Part shown: piece after piece, positions 38,168-47,743 of the stretch
Layout of the letters: each line of letters begins with the position of its first letter
Numbering within the stretch: position 1 is the first letter of the stretch
Virus record (IMG/VR): IMGVR_UViG_3300048813_000081
Location: 1 to 61,843 of that record
Direction: 5' to 3' (one strand)
From: a virus
Taxonomy: Duplodnaviria; Caudoviricetes
Length of the DNA: 61,843 bases
Made by a program: the position numbers and the translations under genes
The notes under the pieces: model-generated
What the model was told of the DNA's origin: nothing
The model's database searches: none
What the model saw: the letters and a program-made list of their open reading frames with translations, nothing else

Positions 38168-38875
38168 TTAGCCACGTTTGATACTCCTGCCGGTAATCTT
38201 ACGTCCACGGGGTTTGCGCGTTTTAACTGGAGATGGTGACAGATTGTCACCGACTGCCGATAATTCGATAGTTTTAACTGCGCTGATGGCTAAGTCTTGC
38301 ACTGTCTGCTGTAGATTACCTGTTACTGCTAACGGTCTAACCGGTGGAGGGCTAGATATACTGGGTTTTAATAAATCACTAACCATACTTCGAAACTGCA
38401 TCCATGGGAAAAACATACCTGGATCTTGGTGGTTGTTCCCAAATTGCCTTAAATAAGGATCGCTATGTCCGATGACATTCTGAAGTGGAATATTAAATTT
38501 CTGCATTAAAGCAGCCACTAACTGTACTACGGAGGTTAATTCTGGATTAGTTAGCCAGCCCTTATCGCGCAAGCAGCCATCTGATAAGTTTCCTGCTATG
38601 GGATATCGATCAACCATTTCGATACCTATACAGAAGGGATTTGCATTGCATACGTGCCAAGCGGTATCTACTAATTGAACCATCTGAGTAATAGAACCGT
38701 CTCTATCAATCACGTAGTGAGCCGATACCTGTGCGATAGTGTTCTGAAAGGTAGCTATCGTGCCTTGTAAGGTGCCTAGCGGGCAGTGCAGGACTATATG
38801 CGTAATCCTATCCGCATTACGACCCGCGCGAAAATTTGGTGATTTAATAAATCTAATAGTCGATAAGTCAATCAT
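38168..38875 (-). CDS. N-acetylmuramoyl-L-alanine amidase (Amidase_2) endolysin
   Basis: SPNF..IVLH..VSAHYVIDRDG..AWHV..N..IGIEM..VIGHSD..DPG.FFPW. Confidence 0.9.
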   Translation of the reverse strand: MIDLSTIRFIKSPNFRAGRNADRITHIVLHCPLGTLQGTIATFQNTIAQVSAHYVIDRDGSITQMVQLVDTAWHVCNANPFCIGIEMVDRYPIAGNLSDGCLRDKGWLTNPELTSVVQLVAALMQKFNIPLQNVIGHSDPYLRQFGNNHQDPGMFFPWMQFRSMVSDLLKPSISSPPPVRPLAVTGNLQQTVQDLAISAVKTIELSAVGDNLSPSPVKTRKPRGRKITGRSIKRG

Positions 38876-38928
38876 GCCACTATAATAAACTAGTCATTCT
38901 ATAATTACAGGTTAATTACGGTTAATTC

Positions 38929-39786
38929 ATGAGAGCATTAATTCTTCCCGGCGGGGGAGCTAGGGGAATTCTACAAACCGGTATGTACGCTGCTTACCTA
39001 GAACAGTACAAAACGTACGATTTTATATGCGGTACTTCTGTAGGTTCTTTAAATGCGATTTTTATAGCCCAGAATGAAATGTTTAAGATGCTAGAGTTGT
39101 GGAGGCATATTAACAACTGCGATGTATTTACATGGAACCTACTTAACGCATTCGGACCGAAGGGCAGTCTGATGGATATAACGCCTTTAGCTGCTTTAAT
39201 TCACCAAACCTTAGATATCAATAAATTAAAACAATCAGGCAAGCCATTCTACGCCTCTACGACCCGGATTAACCCATTAGCCGCTGTCACTAAGAATATC
39301 TGCAATATGACCCAGGAGGAAGCTGAAAAGTGGGTCTTAGCATCAGCTAGCGCACCCATGGCATTCCCGGTACAAGTAATCAACGGCAAACAGTACTCAG
39401 ATGGTGGATTAACCAGGAATTTCGGCATATCTCATGCTATAGCACTGGGTGCTACTGATATCGTCGTTCTATGCTGTGGTGCTATGAATTCCTCTGATGT
39501 TAAAAACCTATTCGATATGATTAAGTTGCAATTATCTGTGCAGTCCGCAGCACAATTTACCGATGAAACCGAACTGGCTCAAATATTAAATAAATCTCAA
39601 CATACGGTATCGCTGACGGTATACAAGCCAGACAGCATAGATTTGAAACAATTGGACTTTACTGGAGCCAGTAGAAACTATAAGAAATATTACGAACAGG
39701 GTTATAATATTATGAACAAACCAGCTTTACAGTTTCGTAAGGTTGCTCAAACAGGTATGCAACCCCGCTGGCAGGTATTTCATTAA
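38929..39786 (+). CDS. Patatin-like phospholipase
   Basis: GGGARG, GTSVG (catalytic Ser), ASASAP, DGG (catalytic Asp). Confidence 0.92.
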   Translation: MRALILPGGGARGILQTGMYAAYLEQYKTYDFICGTSVGSLNAIFIAQNEMFKMLELWRHINNCDVFTWNLLNAFGPKGSLMDITPLAALIHQTLDINKLKQSGKPFYASTTRINPLAAVTKNICNMTQEEAEKWVLASASAPMAFPVQVINGKQYSDGGLTRNFGISHAIALGATDIVVLCCGAMNSSDVKNLFDMIKLQLSVQSAAQFTDETELAQILNKSQHTVSLTVYKPDSIDLKQLDFTGASRNYKKYYEQGYNIMNKPALQFRKVAQTGMQPRWQVFH

Positions 39787-41484
39787 ATGCTTAAATATAT
39801 AACCGATTCGTACTACCGCCAGTCCTTCCCGCGATGGATGTGGGATACCCGCTACGAAACACTTCGCCTACGCGATTTGTGGTTAGAAGGCAAATTTTAT
39901 AATGTCATACCGTTAAGCTTCGAAGAAGAACAGTCTGGTAATACACGAAATCTGATGCGAAATCGTAGACCTAGCGTTCAGCATAACTTCCCACGAATGA
40001 TTGCCGATTTAGCTTCCCGTAAGTTATTCGCCGGCAGGCATGTTCCTAGACTGAAACATACGGACCCGGCGTTCTTACTTAAAGTACAAGCTTTAGTGGA
40101 AGAACTTAAGATGCCCGTTAAGATGCTTGAGGCTATTAAGCGTGGTTCTGTTGGTTCCGTATTGATACTATTTAAGTTTCTCACTGTACCAGCTGGCAGT
40201 GATCAGGTGGCAGTGAAAGGCGTTGTAGAAATTAAACAAACGCAATACTGTACGCCAAAATTTAATCGCTTTGAAGAATTAGTCGGTGTTTTAGAACACT
40301 ATATAGTGGATGGCTCTGAATTACTCTCCCGTGATTTAAAGTACGATCGCGAAGGGCAAGTAATTGAATCCGGTAAAAACTATTGGTTCCTAAAATATAT
40401 AGACACTAATAGCGAATGTACTTATTTGCCTATCGAAGAGCATGACTGGAATCCAATGAATTCTGGTTGTAAACAATATCAAGATGGTCCTAGTCTGCAG
40501 CCGTATCCTGCTGAGAATAACCCGTATGTACATGGTATGGGATTCCTACAAGGAGTCTGGATTAAAAACTTAACCGGTGGACGCAATCCCGAAGGTAATA
40601 GTACCTGGGATTCAGCACTGAACAACTTTATTGAAATAGATTACGTTAAATCGCAAAATGACCGTGGTTTAAAATACGGCTCTGCACCACAGATAGTGGT
40701 AAAGGGTGATTTCCGGGCAGAGCAAGAAGGCGATGAAGCTGGAGATCAACCACGCGATCCTTCGTTTATTATGCGTTTAGCATCTGATACTAAGGATGGT
40801 ATGGGTACGGATTCATCCGGACATGATGCATTTCTATTAGAAACAAATGGCGCAGCCGCTAAAGCCTCTGATGATTTTACAAGACAATTGAAGCAAGGCA
40901 GTTTGGAACAAATCACTGCCGCACGAAAAGATATGGAGTCTATTAAAGGTGCTGTATCCGGTAAAGTTATCGAATTAATGGATGAAGACTATTTAGATCT
41001 ACTTGAAGAATTGAAAATCATGTATATTAATTACGGTTATTTACCATTAACTAAAAAACAATGCAAAGCTGCTGCTATAGCAGGGCATGCTCTAATGGTT
41101 GGCGCAACTGATCAAATGATCGATGGCTTAGAAGTCGAATGCCCACCGTTCTATCTACCGGACGCGCAAGATATTCAGTTAATGGTGCAAGGTATGGTTG
41201 AAGCTTCATCACCGAAACTATTATCAGAAGGCGGTGGTGGTGAACAAGCTCCGACTACGGTGCATGTACCGCCATTAATTCTACCTGAAGTCGCCGCACA
41301 GTTTATACACAGACAGTTAGATTTGGTTGAACATAGCGAAGACCGTGCTGATATTCCTGGTACTAAGCCAGATTTGAATAGTATGCCAGACCCGCAACCG
41401 AACGCCGATGAGGCTGCTGGCGGAAGTGCTATGGAATCCGGTATTGTTGATGCGTTGCTGGGAGGCAAGGTGAGTAATCCATGA
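39787..41484 (+). CDS. Portal protein
   Basis: 565 aa; NFPRMIAD..LFAG; SGKVIEL; acidic tail; in terminase operon. Confidence 0.75.
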   Translation: MLKYITDSYYRQSFPRWMWDTRYETLRLRDLWLEGKFYNVIPLSFEEEQSGNTRNLMRNRRPSVQHNFPRMIADLASRKLFAGRHVPRLKHTDPAFLLKVQALVEELKMPVKMLEAIKRGSVGSVLILFKFLTVPAGSDQVAVKGVVEIKQTQYCTPKFNRFEELVGVLEHYIVDGSELLSRDLKYDREGQVIESGKNYWFLKYIDTNSECTYLPIEEHDWNPMNSGCKQYQDGPSLQPYPAENNPYVHGMGFLQGVWIKNLTGGRNPEGNSTWDSALNNFIEIDYVKSQNDRGLKYGSAPQIVVKGDFRAEQEGDEAGDQPRDPSFIMRLASDTKDGMGTDSSGHDAFLLETNGAAAKASDDFTRQLKQGSLEQITAARKDMESIKGAVSGKVIELMDEDYLDLLEELKIMYINYGYLPLTKKQCKAAAIAGHALMVGATDQMIDGLEVECPPFYLPDAQDIQLMVQGMVEASSPKLLSEGGGGEQAPTTVHVPPLILPEVAAQFIHRQLDLVEHSEDRADIPGTKPDLNSMPDPQPNADEAAGGSAMESGIVDALLGGKVSNP

Positions 41485-41720
41485 ATCCTATAGATGCAGA
41501 AATAGAAAGCTTACGTCCCGCTTATAAAAAGGCATATAAACTCTTTGATAGTCGGCACTATAAATCCGCTACGCATTATCCAGATTTAGAGGATCAATCA
41601 ATAATTGAAAATTTTCATGAATTAAATGATCAATTAGGATTTCTTCGAAGACAAAAACATGTTGCTGAGTTAATTTTGTCAGGCTTTAAGTTGCGTGGAG
41701 ATTTCGTTCATGGAAGTTAA
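41481..41720 (+). CDS. Hypothetical protein
   Basis: ATGA overlap with portal. Confidence 0.5.
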   Translation: MNPIDAEIESLRPAYKKAYKLFDSRHYKSATHYPDLEDQSIIENFHELNDQLGFLRRQKHVAELILSGFKLRGDFVHGS

Positions 41721-42072
41721 TCACATTAACCGCCCCATGCCGAAAATGGGCAATAAAATAGAATGCATTGAAGACCATGGTATATACGTATTACAAGACA
41801 GTCCAGGCACATGGCGTTCGCTAGCAGTTACCAGAACTGGTAATGGCACGATAAGTATGTATCTGGGGCTGCCTGAACCTAACGGTAGTACTCACAAGCT
41901 CCGTAAAGTATTTCGTGCATCAGTGATGGGTATGTGGATGTTTGATGCTGGCTTCGATGAAGGCTTAACTCTAGTATGTGAAGGCTCCGGTATTATGGCC
42001 GGTGGTGGACCTTGCATATCGGTTACATGGGTTGAGGAACGTAAGGCACAGAGAAAAATTGAGGTAGTCTAA
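41710..42072 (+). CDS. Hypothetical beta-rich protein (paralogue of 31404..31718)
   Basis: GGAG RBS; shared C-terminal pattern. Confidence 0.5.
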   Translation: MEVNHINRPMPKMGNKIECIEDHGIYVLQDSPGTWRSLAVTRTGNGTISMYLGLPEPNGSTHKLRKVFRASVMGMWMFDAGFDEGLTLVCEGSGIMAGGGPCISVTWVEERKAQRKIEVV

Positions 42073-42073
42073 T

Positions 42074-42475
42074 ATGGACGACCTGGTATTAGTATCCGAA
42101 GAACTGAAAGAAAAAATCCGCAGTGCTGGTGGAAATAAACTAAACCAAGCCCAGCTAGCGGTCTATTTAAATCTACCCGATCAAGACTGCCGTATGTTAT
42201 TTTTTAAGAATCCTGAACTGAATCGTTTGCTACGTTTAGGTGAACTAGATATAGTTGTTGAGCAGATGGAACGCCTAAAGCGTATCGCCCGCAATGATGA
42301 AGATCGTAATCAATTCGCTGCTACTAAACTCTTATATGAAATTTATAGTGATAGACAGTCTACGCCTAGTACGTTAGTGGTTAACCAGACTATTAATAAT
42401 AGTAATGTAGACCGTAACTTAAAATTATTGGAGAGCTTGGATACGGATACTATCGAAGCTATAGTTAATGATTGA
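42074..42475 (+). CDS. Terminase small subunit
   Basis: HTH-like N-terminus; helical; overlaps TerL start. Confidence 0.65.
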   Translation: MDDLVLVSEELKEKIRSAGGNKLNQAQLAVYLNLPDQDCRMLFFKNPELNRLLRLGELDIVVEQMERLKRIARNDEDRNQFAATKLLYEIYSDRQSTPSTLVVNQTINNSNVDRNLKLLESLDTDTIEAIVND

Positions 42476-43868
42476 CATCCTAGCCAAAGCCTCTGAACGA
42501 CTCATACCATTCGCAAGACTGGTCTATCCTGGCTTCATAGCACCACCATACTTGCAGAAAATAGCTGAACAGCTAGAAGCCGTTGAACGTGGTGATATAC
42601 GACGATTGATACTTACAGTGCCACCTAGGCATGGGAAGAGCCTGCTGACTTCACAGATATTCCCGGCGCATTTCTTAGGTAGAAATCCACGATTGAAAGT
42701 CATGTTAAGTTCACACACTCAGATGCTAGCTTCTGACTTCGGACGTAACTGTCGTAACTTTATGATGCAGCCGAATTTTAAATTGATATTCCCGAATGTC
42801 TCAGTATCTGATGATAGCTCTGCTAAAAATGCCTTCAGTACTAATCAGGGAGGCGAAGCGTTCTTCATGGGTGTAGGAGGTGCATTACTAGGTCGTGGTG
42901 CTGATTTAGCAATTATTGATGACCCTGTTAAAGATGCTGAACAAGCTGACTCTGAAACATATATTAAGAAACTACGTGACTGGTATCGCGAAACGTTATA
43001 CACAAGGCAAATGTCCGGCGGGCGGATAATTATCATCATGCAACGCTGGAGGGCTAATGATTTGATAGGATGGTTACTAGATCCTAAAGAACAAGAATTA
43101 GTCGAAGACTGGAAAGTTATTAACTTCCCTGCTATAGCTCAAGAGGACGACCCTCTAGGGCGTGAACCAGGCGAAGCGCTCTGGCCGGAGAAATACCCTG
43201 TTGAAGAACTTAATAAAATACGTACAGTCTTAGGTTCCCGTAGTTTCAATGGATTGTACCAACAAAAACCATCACTTACCGAAGGTGCGATATTTAAGCG
43301 TGAATGGTTTCATATTGAACAGGTGGACTATAAGTTACTGCGTGCGCCTAAAATCATGTATCTAGATACAGCACAGAAGGAAGGTCAGGCTAATGATTAC
43401 TCCGCTGCTACTTGGGGCGCTAGATATAAGAATGGTATCGGTGTTTTAGGTGCCACTAAGGGTAAGTTTGACTTTCCTAGACTGATTAAATGGACCGAAG
43501 AATTGTCTTATCGAAATCGTATTAGTGCGATAGTAGTTGAAGATAAATCGTCAGGCACTTCATTGGTACAGTCCCTGAAGAAAACTTCCAAGATACCAGT
43601 AATCGCAATGAAGTTTCAAGGTAATCCTGATAAGGAAGAACGCGCACATGCAGTGACACCGTTGCTGGAGTCCGGGAAGGTAATATTTGATAAGTGGAGT
43701 CCGCAGGATACGCAAGAAGATTTATTTAGTTCGCTGCTGCAGTTCCCTACGGGTAGTCACGATGATGACGTCGACAGTTTAGTAGGACTGCTAACTTACC
43801 TCAGTAGGGCTAACTTAAAAAATGTCGGTAAGGGCACTATTCAGATGCCGAATGTGTGGGATCGTTAG
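42468..43868 (+). CDS. terL: Terminase large subunit
   Basis: PPRHGKS Walker A; IIDDP Walker B; YQQKP; nuclease YLDTA..NDYSA..VEDKSSG..FPTGSHDDDVD. Confidence 0.95.
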   Translation: MIDILAKASERLIPFARLVYPGFIAPPYLQKIAEQLEAVERGDIRRLILTVPPRHGKSLLTSQIFPAHFLGRNPRLKVMLSSHTQMLASDFGRNCRNFMMQPNFKLIFPNVSVSDDSSAKNAFSTNQGGEAFFMGVGGALLGRGADLAIIDDPVKDAEQADSETYIKKLRDWYRETLYTRQMSGGRIIIIMQRWRANDLIGWLLDPKEQELVEDWKVINFPAIAQEDDPLGREPGEALWPEKYPVEELNKIRTVLGSRSFNGLYQQKPSLTEGAIFKREWFHIEQVDYKLLRAPKIMYLDTAQKEGQANDYSAATWGARYKNGIGVLGATKGKFDFPRLIKWTEELSYRNRISAIVVEDKSSGTSLVQSLKKTSKIPVIAMKFQGNPDKEERAHAVTPLLESGKVIFDKWSPQDTQEDLFSSLLQFPTGSHDDDVDSLVGLLTYLSRANLKNVGKGTIQMPNVWDR

Positions 43869-44293
43869 CGAAAAATAACCAGCATCGAAGGAAATGGTGC
43901 GCTATTCTTACTATCGCTAAACTTTAATCGACCTTTGATGAATTCTATATCTATATTTTTCATGTTGTAAATGTACTCATGAAACCACTTAGTGTCAGTT
44001 CTGGCTGGAATTAGCATTACTATCTTAGCGCCGTTAGATTGTTCATCTGATGCCTTAATAACCCAGTCTTTAATTTTAGAATATGGAGGATTGCACCACA
44101 CCCAGCCAGGTGTAGTAATCCAGGATTGCTTAAGTCCATCTTGTTCTTTCGTATAGTAATCATCGCATTTCGTGTTTTCTGTAGTAGCGCATACATCTAA
44201 GGTGAATTTATATTTACGATTATAAAACCGAAAAAAACTATCTGGCGTAGACCACTCATCTGAGTTGCTGCTGAAGAGGGATTTATTTATCAT
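43865..44293 (-). CDS. Phage DNA N6-adenine methyltransferase (Dam-like)
   Basis: DEWSTP..FTLDVCA..DGL..WCNPPYS..LIPARTDT.WF..GRLKF..APFPS. Confidence 0.92.
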   Translation of the reverse strand: MINKSLFSSNSDEWSTPDSFFRFYNRKYKFTLDVCATTENTKCDDYYTKEQDGLKQSWITTPGWVWCNPPYSKIKDWVIKASDEQSNGAKIVMLIPARTDTKWFHEYIYNMKNIDIEFIKGRLKFSDSKNSAPFPSMLVIFR

Positions 44294-44571
44294 GTCATCT
44301 TATATCCTAAATGAATTTCCTGAGCATCTAATAACCATCCAGGAGTACCGCCGAACTTATATTCTTCGTATTCACTCATACCTAATATGCCCTCTTTGAT
44401 TATCTGCTTAAGTGCATGTTCGGGTATCCCACGGCAGGCGTTGACGCAGGTGACTATGCGTTCTGCATCTGTCCATGATAATCTACGACCTAAAGTTAAT
44501 ATTGGATTTTTATCGCAATCATAAAAACCCTCTTCCCGAAATGTCCACGGTTCTGGTGAGTGATTAACCAC
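44290..44571 (-). CDS. Hypothetical phage protein
   Basis: HSPEPW..DAERIVTCVNACRGI motif common in small phage proteins. Confidence 0.6.
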   Translation of the reverse strand: MVNHSPEPWTFREEGFYDCDKNPILTLGRRLSWTDAERIVTCVNACRGIPEHALKQIIKEGILGMSEYEEYKFGGTPGWLLDAQEIHLGYKMT

Positions 44572-44683
44572 GTTTGTACCCCCTTAATTTATTAGCAGCT
44601 AGTAGTGTTAATAAACGACCGAATTCATCCTTCCGAAATAAACCGCCTAGAGGTACGGTGAATGCGCGATTAATTATGAGCAT
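44564..44683 (-). pseudogene. Diverged duplicate 3' end of gene 45377..45574
   Basis: RAFTVPLGGLFRKDEFGRLLTLLAANKLRGYKRG aligns without gaps (18/34 identical) to that gene's C-terminus. Confidence 0.7.
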
Positions 44684-45380
44684 ATGCTCTCTTGGGTCTA
44701 GAAGCTGCTTCAATTGGATTCCATCCTCTACGAATTCTGTCTCTGCATATTTTATTGGTTACTATATTAAACAATTTTACTAATTGAGTCAAATTATATG
44801 AATTATTATTGTGGTCAAACAATCGTTTACAGTGAGAGTAGCCTTCCTGTTTTCTTTGAATCCAATCTTTAGAGTTGCCTTTAGCGATAGCTGATTTATG
44901 TGCTTGGGATAATTGGCGACCGGTAAATAATTGAGATAGTTGTAGTTTTTGCGTATCGCTCATTTTGCGACCCTTATGAGCTTTAGATATTTTTAATTTA
45001 GATTCTAAGGTATGAGCATATCCTGGACGACCTTTATTTATAAGAGATAATTTACGTTTCGTTTCTTCCGATCGTTTAACACCCCTAGGGCTCCCGGCAG
45101 TAAAACTAATATTAAAATCGATGGTACGATTTAATACGTTATCTAAATACCACTGCTCTCTTGTAATACAGTCTTCAGGTAAGCATTCTTCTAATACTTC
45201 AAATCTGAATTGATCAGCACCGTACTTGTTCCAAGAACGTTGTAATAAAATATTCCAATGTTTATTCGCATTTAAGCTTGCCTTATGTGCTCTCCATCGT
45301 TGTTTTAAATTAGTCGCACTACTGCCTATGTAGCATTTATTATTAACTAAATTTGTAATTTTATAAATACCAGTACTCAT
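44670..45380 (-). CDS. GIY-YIG homing endonuclease with NUMOD3 repeats
   Basis: GIYKITN..YIGSS..RW..H; RSEETKRKLS and HTLESKLKISKAHKG repeats. Confidence 0.92.
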   Translation of the reverse strand: MSTGIYKITNLVNNKCYIGSSATNLKQRWRAHKASLNANKHWNILLQRSWNKYGADQFRFEVLEECLPEDCITREQWYLDNVLNRTIDFNISFTAGSPRGVKRSEETKRKLSLINKGRPGYAHTLESKLKISKAHKGRKMSDTQKLQLSQLFTGRQLSQAHKSAIAKGNSKDWIQRKQEGYSHCKRLFDHNNNSYNLTQLVKLFNIVTNKICRDRIRRGWNPIEAASRPKRAYAHN

Positions 45381-45574
45381 TTTCGTTTATAAGTACGCAT
45401 TTTCAGAGCAACTAACTGGGATAATAGTACACCGAATTGTTGTTTATCAAACAAACTAGTTAGGGGAACAGATATTGCTTTGCCTAGATGATACCATGAT
45501 TGATATAAGCGCCGTGTTTCACGAACCATAAGGCGCATGTCTGATTCCAGGTTTCCACTGTATTTTATTTGCAT
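45377..45574 (-). CDS. Hypothetical protein
   Basis: GAGGT RBS; ATGA coupling to GIY-YIG. Confidence 0.6.
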   Translation of the reverse strand: MQIKYSGNLESDMRLMVRETRRLYQSWYHLGKAISVPLTSLFDKQQFGVLLSQLVALKMRTYKRK

Positions 45575-45577
45575 GTA

Positions 45578-45799
45578 TTAATACCTCAAGCATACTGGCT
45601 TACAAAAACCATTGATAGCAATTTGCGATAAGTCATATCGTAAATGACAGCCTTTACAAGTGATATATCTAGCTTCATACGATTCATAACAACAGGTTCT
45701 ACTAATGTACTCACCCCATACTAATAACTTGCCACATTCCAAGCATTCGAATGGTTCGAACGATGAAAATGAAACTTGGAGATAATCTGCTATGTCCAT
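45578..45799 (-). CDS. Small Zn-ribbon protein
   Basis: CLECG..CKGC. Confidence 0.45.
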   Translation of the reverse strand: MDIADYLQVSFSSFEPFECLECGKLLVWGEYISRTCCYESYEARYITCKGCHLRYDLSQIAINGFCKPVCLRY

Positions 45800-45800
45800 A

Positions 45801-46046
45801 TTATTCTAGCCCTAGCTCCTTGCGTAATTCGATAATTTTAATTGTCGGTGGTATGTAATGATTATATTCAGTGGCAAGCTCCCGCCAAAGGGATTCGCGT
45901 CTGCGCCCCATTTCAGCAGTGGATTCTGCGTAGACAACAACGTTTTCCACTTCCTGAGCTAGTTGTTTGAAGGCTTCTAGTCCGGCAGCTGTATTAAAGC
46001 CATCTGTGCATTCCTGAGCAGCATCAATAAGTTTCTGTGCTATCAT
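45801..46046 (-). CDS. Hypothetical protein
   Basis: Coupled ORF. Confidence 0.5.
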   Translation of the reverse strand: MIAQKLIDAAQECTDGFNTAAGLEAFKQLAQEVENVVVYAESTAEMGRRRESLWRELATEYNHYIPPTIKIIELRKELGLE

Positions 46047-46345
46047 ACTTCGCTCTCCGCTAAGTCGATCCAGTATTGTGAATAATCACGATCTTGCTTG
46101 CCGTATACAAAGTGCAAACCTTCAATTTCTGCACACGCCAACTCCAAAGCTTTCTTGTAAACATCGATATTCAGCTCTCCTGGTCCTGGAGGATAATTGT
46201 CTAAGTTGTATTGGCAGATTCCGCATAAAGCTTCCTGCCTGTTGACGGCTTGTGAGATTAGGGATTCTAGTTTTTGCATCACTAAGTCATCATCCCAATC
46301 GGAGTCGAATATTAGCTTACGCAATTCCTGTTGAAATGTATTCAT
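46043..46345 (-). CDS. Hypothetical protein
   Basis: Coupled ORF. Confidence 0.5.
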   Translation of the reverse strand: MNTFQQELRKLIFDSDWDDDLVMQKLESLISQAVNRQEALCGICQYNLDNYPPGPGELNIDVYKKALELACAEIEGLHFVYGKQDRDYSQYWIDLAESEV

Positions 46346-46364
46346 ATGTTATGGTATTTCATAC

Positions 46365-46655
46365 CTACTCCGGCTCAATGCAAACACGTAACTGTGCTGC
46401 CTTTAAGACATCATGATATGCGCTAACGCGCTCTTTGCTATCTATCCATATTAAGGCAACCTTATGTGCGCGAAGATCATTAAATATAGTTTCCATCTTG
46501 TGTTTGTTAAACGGGAATATCTTCAATAATATAGTTTCAATATCTTCGCGAAACATATCCGATTTAAACAACAACAAATTCCACATCTTCATTTCGTCAG
46601 CATCTGTATCGTTTATCTTATCGATAACTGGGGGGCGATCTAAAACTGCAGGCAT
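46365..46655 (-). CDS. ClpS-like adaptor protein
   Basis: GGAGG RBS; flexible N-tail then WNLLLF..ILLKIF..IF..R..KVALI..KE....Y...LK...L...IEPE, matching the ClpS pattern and length. Confidence 0.65.
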   Translation of the reverse strand: MPAVLDRPPVIDKINDTDADEMKMWNLLLFKSDMFREDIETILLKIFPFNKHKMETIFNDLRAHKVALIWIDSKERVSAYHDVLKAAQLRVCIEPE

Positions 46656-46757
46656 CACTTAACCCCTCCGAATAACGCAGTAATTATAAGTAAAAATATT
46701 AGATATCCGACGCCAAAATAAATTAGGCTGCCTATATTAAACAATAACTGTCGCATA

Positions 46758-47324
46758 TTATTTCGTACCTCCGAATAACGCCTGAACCTTAGCGCTGACA
46801 CTGGATTCGTCTAGTCCGGGTGCTTCAATATCTAAATCAGCAAACTTAACCACCTTACTATTTTTAGTATTAGTTTTCGTATGTCCGAAATCCAACTCAC
46901 AAGCAGCCTCTTCGGCTGCGACTAATCCAGATAACACATCTGGGAAGGCTTGCCTTAGAGCCACAGCTAGAGCGGTTTTTGCTAGGAACATATGCGGTTT
47001 TTCAGTGTGCCACTTCGATGACTGATATTCGGATAGAAATACTTCATCGCCTTCAAAGAGACGAACTTGATCCATGACAAATCTATACACTGTGGTTTGC
47101 GCTGATAATAAGACACCATTTTCGGCATACCTAAAGAATGCCTTATCCTTACCGGCATAAGTACCAGTCTTGCCACATTTATATAATAGTGTGGATACCT
47201 TAGCATATATTAAAAATGCATCTACTGAAGGATTATATATAGCAACATAGGCATCATCACCTAGATTGTCATTGCGGCTTAATAGTAGAGCTTCTTCGCG
47301 GGCGGCTATTTCAGTTTTATACAT
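46758..47324 (-). CDS. Bet/RecT-like single-strand annealing protein
   Basis: KWHTEKPHMFLAKTALAVALRQAFPDVLSGLVAAEE resembles the Redbeta/RecT C-terminal signature. Confidence 0.7.
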   Translation of the reverse strand: MYKTEIAAREEALLLSRNDNLGDDAYVAIYNPSVDAFLIYAKVSTLLYKCGKTGTYAGKDKAFFRYAENGVLLSAQTTVYRFVMDQVRLFEGDEVFLSEYQSSKWHTEKPHMFLAKTALAVALRQAFPDVLSGLVAAEEAACELDFGHTKTNTKNSKVVKFADLDIEAPGLDESSVSAKVQALFGGTK

Positions 47325-47545
47325 TAATTAGTTACCTCTACACACAGATTATCTTATGCAATAACTTATGTAAATCAGTTATGAAGTTTTATTAAGTTCA
47401 ATAAGATACGCTTCAGCAGCTGCCAACTTCTCAGTCATGACATTCAATTGCTTCTCTAGATCTACTATTAAAACTTTAAGCCCTACTATGTCGCGCTGCT
47501 TGCATAGAATAGCTAGTTTTAGCTCTTCGGCAGACATTCTCATAT

Positions 47546-47743
47546 TTAGTGCTCTACTGGCTTATTGCGCACGGCTTTCAGCCCATTCTCAATATGAAAC
47601 TTTAAAAATGTCATATATTCAGCCGGACCGGTATGGCTATTGGCTGCAGATTTTAGAGCAGCAAATAACACCTGAGAGTCCCGCTTATGCGGAACGCCAT
47701 GTTCAGCGCGGTGCATGAGGTCTAGGATATGGTCGTCAGACAC
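47546..47743 (-). CDS. Hypothetical protein
   Basis: AGGA RBS; co-oriented. Confidence 0.4.
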   Translation of the reverse strand: MSDDHILDLMHRAEHGVPHKRDSQVLFAALKSAANSHTGPAEYMTFLKFHIENGLKAVRNKPVEH

